A stretch of 64,000 bases of DNA. Origin: the human T2T-CHM13v2.0 reference genome, Homo sapiens. The notes beneath the pieces were generated by a model, which worked only from the letters and a program-made list of their open reading frames with translations, did no database searches and had not been told where the DNA came from. Where the stretch lies: NCBI RefSeq assembly GCF_009914755.1, contig NC_060937.1, one strand, 5' to 3'. Shown piece after piece: positions 55,660 to 64,000 of this stretch (positions are counted from its first letter, which is position 1; each line of letters starts with the position of its first letter). Position numbers and translations under genes: made by a program.

Positions 55660-58600
55660 CAAGGAGTTAGGATACAAAATATCTTCTCTAAAAGAATGCT
55701 TAGATCTTGAGATTCTGATTCATTTAAAAATTTTACACTGCTCTTTCATACTTTGTTTTTTAAGGTTTAACTTAGAGGAATTGCAGATAGGTTAGAGTGG
55801 ATGTGAGTCCTATATATATTATTTGGAAATGATGCATAAAGTCAAATTTCATATATACAATTTCTTAAGTTCCTTAAATTTGATTTCACTTAAAATCGTT
55901 TGGATCTTATTATTTCAAATATTATGATTGGAAGGACACAATAATTTAAAAATGATTGCATGATTTTATAACTTTCAGCTACACAGATCTCTTTTATAAA
56001 AGATTAAATTATTACACAGCATTTCAGTCCAAATAATTATTTTTCTAATTATATAGGTCTTTTAAAGTTATTTTTCTCACATTTTATAATCTCTTCTTTT
56101 CTTTAGAAAAAGTTTTACAAATTCTTGATTTTCTTTTTAAATTTTTCAAACTATTACATGTTTAGATTTCATCTTTCTATATAAGTTATGTCTTCAGAGA
56201 CCAGTTAAAGTCAAAGGAGGTTGCAGGAATACTTCCAACTTACACATTGTAGGTACATAAATCCAGCATTCAGTCAAGTGTTTTTTTTTTTTCTTTTTTG
56301 AGGTAAATGACTTAAAGAACAGCATACAAGGCAAGTCTAGGCAGCACATCTTGAATATTTCATAGCCAAGTTTTATATTTCCATCTAGATCAAGTTAGAT
56401 GCAAAATGAAATCAATCCTACCTTGATTTGGCAAAGTTGAGTATTGACTCAGTTGTCAAGATGTGAAAGCTAGAAGTTGATAAATCAGTCCAAGTGTATG
56501 GGTTTATGCTATGTTTTCTCAGCTAAAGATGTTTGTTGTTAAAAAATGCCCAATGGACCTGAGTTCTGTTTGCAACAGTTTTGGAGCACAATAAAATTGC
56601 TACATTATAATAGCTACTTTCTTATTTGTAAAATTATGTCAGCAATACCTTGCATACTTACCATAAAGAGCAATTGTTAGAATCCAATGAGCAATGAAGA
56701 TGAAAAGATTTTGATGAGAATGAAGGACTTTCTTTCCTTTTGTCCCTTTTAGCCCTGTGCATTCGTGTATATACAAGGGTTCCTCCTATTAAAAAAATGC
56801 ATGTCCAGAAAGTATTAGGGAACATTCTTTACTTCAGAAGATAAAAGGAAATTTGAACCTTCAAAAGATATTCTAAGCAAATTCAATTATTGAATAAACA
56901 CACTTAACACTAGTTTCAGTTGCTAAAATAAACTATAAAATGGTAAATATTATGTGTTTTCATTTTTTTAATACTTTCCTGAAGTGAAGTCCTTTTACTT
57001 GAGGTCAGCATTTTATTATTAAAAAATTTTTAACCTTTTTAAAAATTTCTCTGAAAACCAAAAAAACAGTTACAGTATATGATACTATAATTGTTCCATT
57101 TTAATAGTCTATTTTTTCTCCAGTCCTCAGAGAGATCGTATGTAGGCCATTGCCACATGTATCATTCTAGAGTATATTAATCAAGGATCTGAATCAGGAT
57201 GGCAACTCCTGTGTGTCCAAAGAGCTGGGTCAGGATGTTTCTGTAATTCCCTGATGAGGAATAGAAAGATATTGGCCTTTTGTGCTATATATATTTTAGT
57301 GTTTTGTATTTTATTAACCACTTGATTCCTGCCCAGGATACTTGCTAAGTAGGACACATTTTTATAAGTGTAAGTCTCATTTATCCAGTTGAATTGAATT
57401 TTTAGAAAAGTCTCCTACTGCCTGAAAAAAAATGAAATCAATTATGTTTTTCCTTTCTAAATAAATTAAAATCAAATGTGTAGAGAAAATGGGAAGATTG
57501 AGTTACCATCTATTTATTGTAGTGTATCTGTTATAAAACAAAAGCTTCAAGTATATTGATAATTTACATTTTAAAATATTAAATAACTGAAAAAAGGAGA
57601 TGATCATATTTAGTTTGTAAATTTTTGACTTTCATTTAGCAATTTTAGCATAAACCCTTGGTTTTGAGATGCTGCCAAATTGGAGTTTTCATATGAAGGC
57701 ACACAAGGTAAATTTGAAGTTACAGATAAAATGAGAGAAAGAAAGAAAGAAAGAAAGAAAAGGAAGGCAGGGAAGAAGAAAGGAAAGACAGAATGGTGGG
57801 GGGCATGGAGGAAAGGATGGAAAAGATTGGTTTCTAAAGGTAAATTTTGTCTTCAGTGGAAAGAAATGTATTTATTCTAGCTATTTTAATGAAAATCAAC
57901 CAATTTTTAACATATAGTCTGGCATTTATAATTCCCTCCGCAAAACTACATTTTTCTGAAGAAACATCAAATTAGGGATGGAAAACTGGGGCCAAATTTA
58001 AATGTTATGGACCAATGTGGTAGATTACAAAATTGCCACTACCACGTCTCTACTTTATATTCAGCTCTTTACTTATATCATTTCTGTCCTCAAAGATTAA
58101 AACCATTGTAATTTATATCTTATTTCCATGTTACTAAAAAACAAATCATGGCTCAACAAGCATTCTTGTAATTGAAAGTCTCTGCTCTACCCGGGATATA
58201 TTGTTGTTTCATATAAAAGTAGACAATTAAGCAGAAAATCTGGGTCCTGGTTTAGTTTAATCAGTTGCTGATATAGATCAAGTCCCTTTAACTCTTTGGA
58301 TTCAGGACCCTCATTTGAAATCCAGAACTGTTAGCAGTGGTCTCTCTTTGAAGATGAAGTTCAAGTGTATTGATACATGGGAAAACAGTGTGTGAACCCT
58401 GTAACTCTGTACATATGATAACGTAACGGTTGTTCTTAGTAAAAAATAGGAATATATGATTGATATTTATATTTAACTTGTAATTACTACCTTGATTTTC
58501 CAAACTAGTTACTTTTGACTTTCAACAGACAACATTTGATGAAAATACTGGCTAACTAAGGTACTGAGTATCTTGACTAGAATAGAAAGGAAAAATTGCA

Positions 58601-61600
58601 GATAACATAAAATTATTTAAATCTTTATTTTTAGACAGACAAATTCTTATTTTATAAATGTTCAAAAAAAGTGGGTTTTAATTTCGTGTAAATTAATTAT
58701 GTTTTATTCCCAATATTTTAAGAAAACCATCTTAAATGTGTAGAGAAATATAATAAAATAGAATATTGATGGAAATGTTAATGTTACTTAAAATAGATCA
58801 TTTTAATAAAGGAAAATACAGATATATACTGTTTGCAAAAAAAAATGTGGAAAATAATTGGACTGTTTTTAAATGCCTTAGGATTAATTCTTCACAGCCT
58901 GTCTTATATGGTATCCATTAAAATATACCATATTTTAAAATACATTTCAAAGAATTAGTAATAAAATTGAAATTTATTTTGTCATTTACATAGGATAAAG
59001 AAAGTTAGGGGTTCTGTTTTTTAAGCAAAATGCCAGGTTTTACACATTTTGAGTATTAACAATGGAAATTAGAACAGATCTATAAATTGAGATTCACAAT
59101 GAGGAAAAAGCCTTTTCTTCTTTCTAAATGGCAGTGAAATTGCTAAAGTTTTTGTCTGTGTTAGTAGAAGAAAGGAGTCAGATATAAAGGTTGGCAGTGC
59201 TTTCATCTACTTAAATTCCTCCCACATCCACAGCTGATTGACAGTCTCAACAAACTGATAATTGCCCATTTGGTTTGTTTTAAATAATTCTTAATTTTTT
59301 TTGTATTTTTAAGTAGGCTTGAAGAAATCATTAGGAAATACTTGCATCAAGTGGGATCATTTGCTTTTATTAAGGTAGGGAGTCCATCCTTTATGGAGGC
59401 AATCTTCTATCCATTGGGGCACCTGCTTCAGTTTTCAAATGCCCCTCTCTTCATTAAGCTGCATGAGCTTGTTTTCATTAAGTGAAAACCCCATGAATTC
59501 AGGCTGGTTTTTTATTCTTTCTGATCTCTTATGGCTAGACAGAGTAGTTCTTATTTATTCATAAAATAAATGGTTTTATGCAGATTAGCCATGTTGCAGA
59601 ACAGTGATTTAGCAAATTTTTGCATGTGTTCTGTGCTAGAAATCTAAGATGGTTTTCTTTTTTCCTCAAGAGATACTGGATTTTTAAGTTATCCTTTTAG
59701 ATTTGTGTTAACAGGTTTAACATCTAATGTATACAACTCACATAGAAAAAAAATTCATTGATCTTGCCAAATAAGCAAAATAGGCTAAATGATGTTAAGA
59801 AGCCAGCTATTTATTATATCCAGCATGAATTGCTGTGTTACCATTGTTATCTGATATTTAGGCTTGTAATAACATGTTACTACCAAAAGTTAAACTGTGA
59901 GTCTCCTGTTAACAATTCATACTGGCCGGATAAGAATGACTGTCATTATATACGCTTTCTATAGAGTCAAAAGTTAAATAATCAAAAATGGTATTTAGAA
60001 GAAAAAAGACTATAGATTACAAATAATGAAATAAAACACCGACTATGTATCTTTAATATATTCATCCTAGAGCTCAAAACAAAAGTGATTTTTTTTTTTT
60101 AGGGTACAAATGAAAGTTGGAAAAGGAGTCAGTAACAAAGCACAGAACCAAAACTCCTAGTTGAGGGGTACTTCACATTAAATAAACTTAAATTATATTT
60201 ATTATGTGAAATTAAATAGATCATAATTCTACTTTGGGTTTCTATCAGTCTTTCAAATATATTAAAATATTTGTTAATAGTCCTGATATTCTTTAGTTGT
60301 TTCCACAGATAACCACATCACAGCAGTGGGGCATCTGAATTCAATGATGGTGAAAATTCATGCCTTGAAAAAGCCAGTATACATATGGTGTAACATTGTA
60401 CAAAAACATTTAATCAAGTAACATTTTACCTGGACCTAATGTATTTTGTGGTGCCTAGAATTATAACATGTTCTGAATTGATTAAATTGATTCATTTATA
60501 TACATAAATATGAAGATAATATATAGAGAAATATATATAAAGATATATACATATAGATATACACACACACACATAGAGTTTGTCTTGTTTAGTTATTTTT
60601 TAAAAATAACTCAATATTTTTTATTCATATGCTTAAGTATCATTCCTAGAATATATTTATGGAAACAAACTTTACCTGTTGGCCTTATAGGAAAATTGAG
60701 GCTAGAAAGTTTATCACATAAATGTTCTGTTTGAGATTAAAATTAGGACTTAAATATAGGTTTTCAGGGGTTGAGAAAAATCATGCTGCTTTCTCGATCC
60801 TTCCTGGAAAACAGAGGCCGATTTTACAATATGGGCACTATTCCTGCTCATGTTACTGAAAGACACCAAATAGCATATTGTGCTTTTCACAATTTCAATT
60901 GCTAATTTTGAGGACTATATAGTGAAATAAGTTTACCTATTCCGCAGAAATCATTGAGTAATGTGATCCACTCAAAAATATTCCAACATATTTTCTCTCA
61001 TCTGAAGCTGATTCATTCAGGTCATAGAGATATAATGATCCGAAATGATGCCTAATAAAATGGCCTTCAACACTGTTAATGCCGGCCTTTCAGAGTGAAA
61101 GAACTCAAATGAGCAGTCACCTTAACATTAGGTAGCATATCTTTATGAGAAATTAAAAAATGGATAGTGATCTATAGCACCTTGTAGAAAATCAGAATAA
61201 AATATTAGCTATTTTATGTCAAAAATCGAAAGGAAAAGGGGAAAAAAAACAGTAGCTAGAACCGACTTGACATCTTTTTTCACCCACTCTGATTCAGTTA
61301 TATGTAAACAGAGCTCCATTTTGACAACTGTTTAGCTCAAGGCACAGATTTGAAGTATTAGAGATAACGGCAGTTTTATTAGATTAACTTTTGCCAGGAT
61401 CTTTAGTGTCCTAGATAATTACCAGCCATGGTACATCTCGATGGTTTCAGCTTGTAGTATTTTAATGTGTATGCATTCCCTTGTAGGCATTGATGTTTTG
61501 TCAAAAGAGATATTAGAAAGTTCATACCTAGTTTTGTTTCATTGATTTGTGTTTTTAAAGTGTGTATGTGTTCATGTTTGTGAAATAATTCATATCTTTG

Positions 61601-62573
61601 TTTTTATATCCCCAAATTAAAAAAAGGTGAAAGTTTCTTTTAATTTCCTGAATTCCTAAGAAACTATTCTCCCAGCTATCTTTATAATTTTAATTATTGA
61701 TCTGTCATTCTTTGATTACTCAAGTGAGCGGCACCAGAATTCTTTCATCAAATTTGCACATTACGTTTCTCTCTCTTGTTTTGTATGATTTATTTGCACA
61801 GTCTCTTTGCATACTTGCATTTTCATTCTGGATCCTCATGCCTTTTTATCCTTCTTTTGTTTTTACCTATTGTTCTTTACTAGCTCCTTTATATGTAAGA
61901 TTCTTTTTTTTTACAAGGCATGTTTTTATTGCTTCTTTTATAACTCTTAATTTGGTTTAAAGTTTTTTGATTAGCTTAATATATTATATGGATATTCTTA
62001 ACATTTCCCTATTTCTGTTCTTTGTGGTACCCATTGTTTCTCTCAAAAATGATAAAGATCTTCTACCACATTTTTTCATGTGCATCGAAGGAATCCTCAG
62101 TCAATAAATATACAACTATTTTAAAATTTTTAAATATTAAAAATGTATATTCTTTTCCAGGAAAAAAATGTTAAAATTATTCAACCCAATGAAATTTTTA
62201 TTTGTTTTACTTTTTAAAATGACCTCTTCAGAACAAAACAAAGGATACTAAACTTGATCTTTCCTTGCCTTATGAGTAGGGATATCTTATGTCATGGTTT
62301 ACTCAGAAAAATCTCTGTTTATACATATTCTTCTGTCATAATTATTAATAGCAGCTCCTATCACTTTCAAAATTGCCGTGGTTTGGTCAACACATTATGT
62401 GGTCAACCTGTTATGAGTAACTACCACAAAGAAATATAAAAAGAAAAATATAGAGATACATGAAGTGTGGGAAGAGACTAGAGTTGGCATCAGGTGAATA
62501 ATTCTTATTTTGCCCCTAAGTTTCCTGGACTTCAATTTTCTTACCTGAAAAATAAACATATTTTATTTTATGA

Positions 62574-62890
<317 letters not shown>

Positions 62891-63198
62891 TAATGAACAG
62901 TAGCTGCAAGGGAAGAAGCTTAGATGGATACATTTGTTTTGAGGGATTAAAGAAGCCTAATGGTGGGAGTAAATACATTCTTTCTTTTGTTTGAAATTAT
63001 GTTGATATTGTCCAAAGGCATTTGTCTTTGGAAAAATATTAAGTAAATATATTAATGTGACTGTCATTCTGTAGGTGAGCAGTCAGTCATGCACATTAAA
63101 ATCTGAACTAGACTAGACTAGAAAAATTCAGAACAAACACTTCTGAAATAGGGTTATTTTCGCAGTGTTCAATTAACAGGTAAATAAGATGTGTTTTA

Positions 63199-63350
63199 AG
63201 CCAGGCCTGGTGATGTGTGCTTGTAATCCCAACTACGTCGGAGGTTGAGGCAGGAGGAACAATGAGCCCAGGAATTCGAGACCAGCCTGGGCAACACAGG
63301 AAAACCCCATCTCAGTAACAATAATAATATAATAATAACAGCAACAATAA
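63199..63350 (+). mobile_element. Alu left-arm monomer (FLAM-like) with (AAT/AAC)n tail
   Basis: agccaggcctggtg...tgtaatcccaactac...gagcccaggaattcgagaccagcctgggcaacac...cccatctc. Confidence 0.85.
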
Positions 63351-64000
63351 TGTCCTTCTTTTGAGTCACCATTTTTTGAGTATCAATAAGCAATGTGTAA
63401 ATAATAACTAGATGTTTAGACTAAAAATAAACCTTCCTTATTATTTTCTTCCAGTATTGAGACTCATAAAAAAGAATTTTTTAAAATGAAGTTTAGTTTA
63501 CCAAAAAAATCAAAGACAAAAGCTAGCATTATCTTTCACAGTTTATCAAACTACATTGTCACAGTGCTACTTTGTATCTCCCCCGTTTGTTTGTTTGTTT
63601 GTTTGTTTTTTAACATAACCTGTAGAAGTGAAGCAAAAAGTGATGGGAAAATAACGTGTACGGTAGATATGAGATACTGTTCTAAAATTTGTTCTGCTTC
63701 TAATTTGTGTGGGGCCCTAGTCAAATCCCTTTGATATTTCTCAGAATTTTCTACTAAAGGATTTCTAAAGGCAGAAAAGAGTAAATACATACTTGTGGGC
63801 CTTCCAACAACTGCTAGAAGTATTTGATTCTGATATTTTAAATTTAAGACACCCATGATTTTGCTTTATGTCTTATAATTTCAATATTTTTTAATAGAGA
63901 AGTAATGCTTACAATTATTTTTCATCTAGTAATTTTATTCTTCAGAAAAAATGTGCCAGGTTTGTTTTCGGTTTTATGTATCCTGAACATAGTCCCCTAT

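Noticed and set aside
38486-56453. Repeated (a)ttgactcagt AP-1-like words at about 38486, 51049 and 56443
   Set aside because: Short, AT-rich and widely scattered; cannot be separated from chance without chromatin data.

Overview
AT-rich, CpG-poor primate (almost certainly human) genomic DNA inside the protocadherin-17 gene (PCDH17, delta-2 protocadherin), transcribed on the + strand. Only two small coding exons are present, 28783-28841 (59 nt) and 28976-29148 (173 nt), separated by a 134-nt intron; they encode cytoplasmic tail sequence TDNFPAEPNYMGSRQQFVQ/SSSTFKDPERASLRDSGHGDSDQADSDQDTNKGSCC...PLEQ with the acidic CM1 motif. The rest is intron (1 and 3) carrying Alus (including a near-consensus AluYb8, which is human-specific), L1, L2, MIR, DNA transposon fossils, one solo ERV LTR and microsatellites. 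The other ORFs in the track look spurious. I found no new multi-gene system. The most interesting signals are small-scale: three stacked acceptors at exon 3 (TG/CAG/TAG), a copy of the exon-3 donor inserted between direct repeats upstream of exon 2, a 5'-inverted (twin-primed) Alu, an ultra-short L1 without a TSD, and a 46-bp dispersed duplication. Repeat family names and old-repeat boundaries come from recognition by eye and are approximate.
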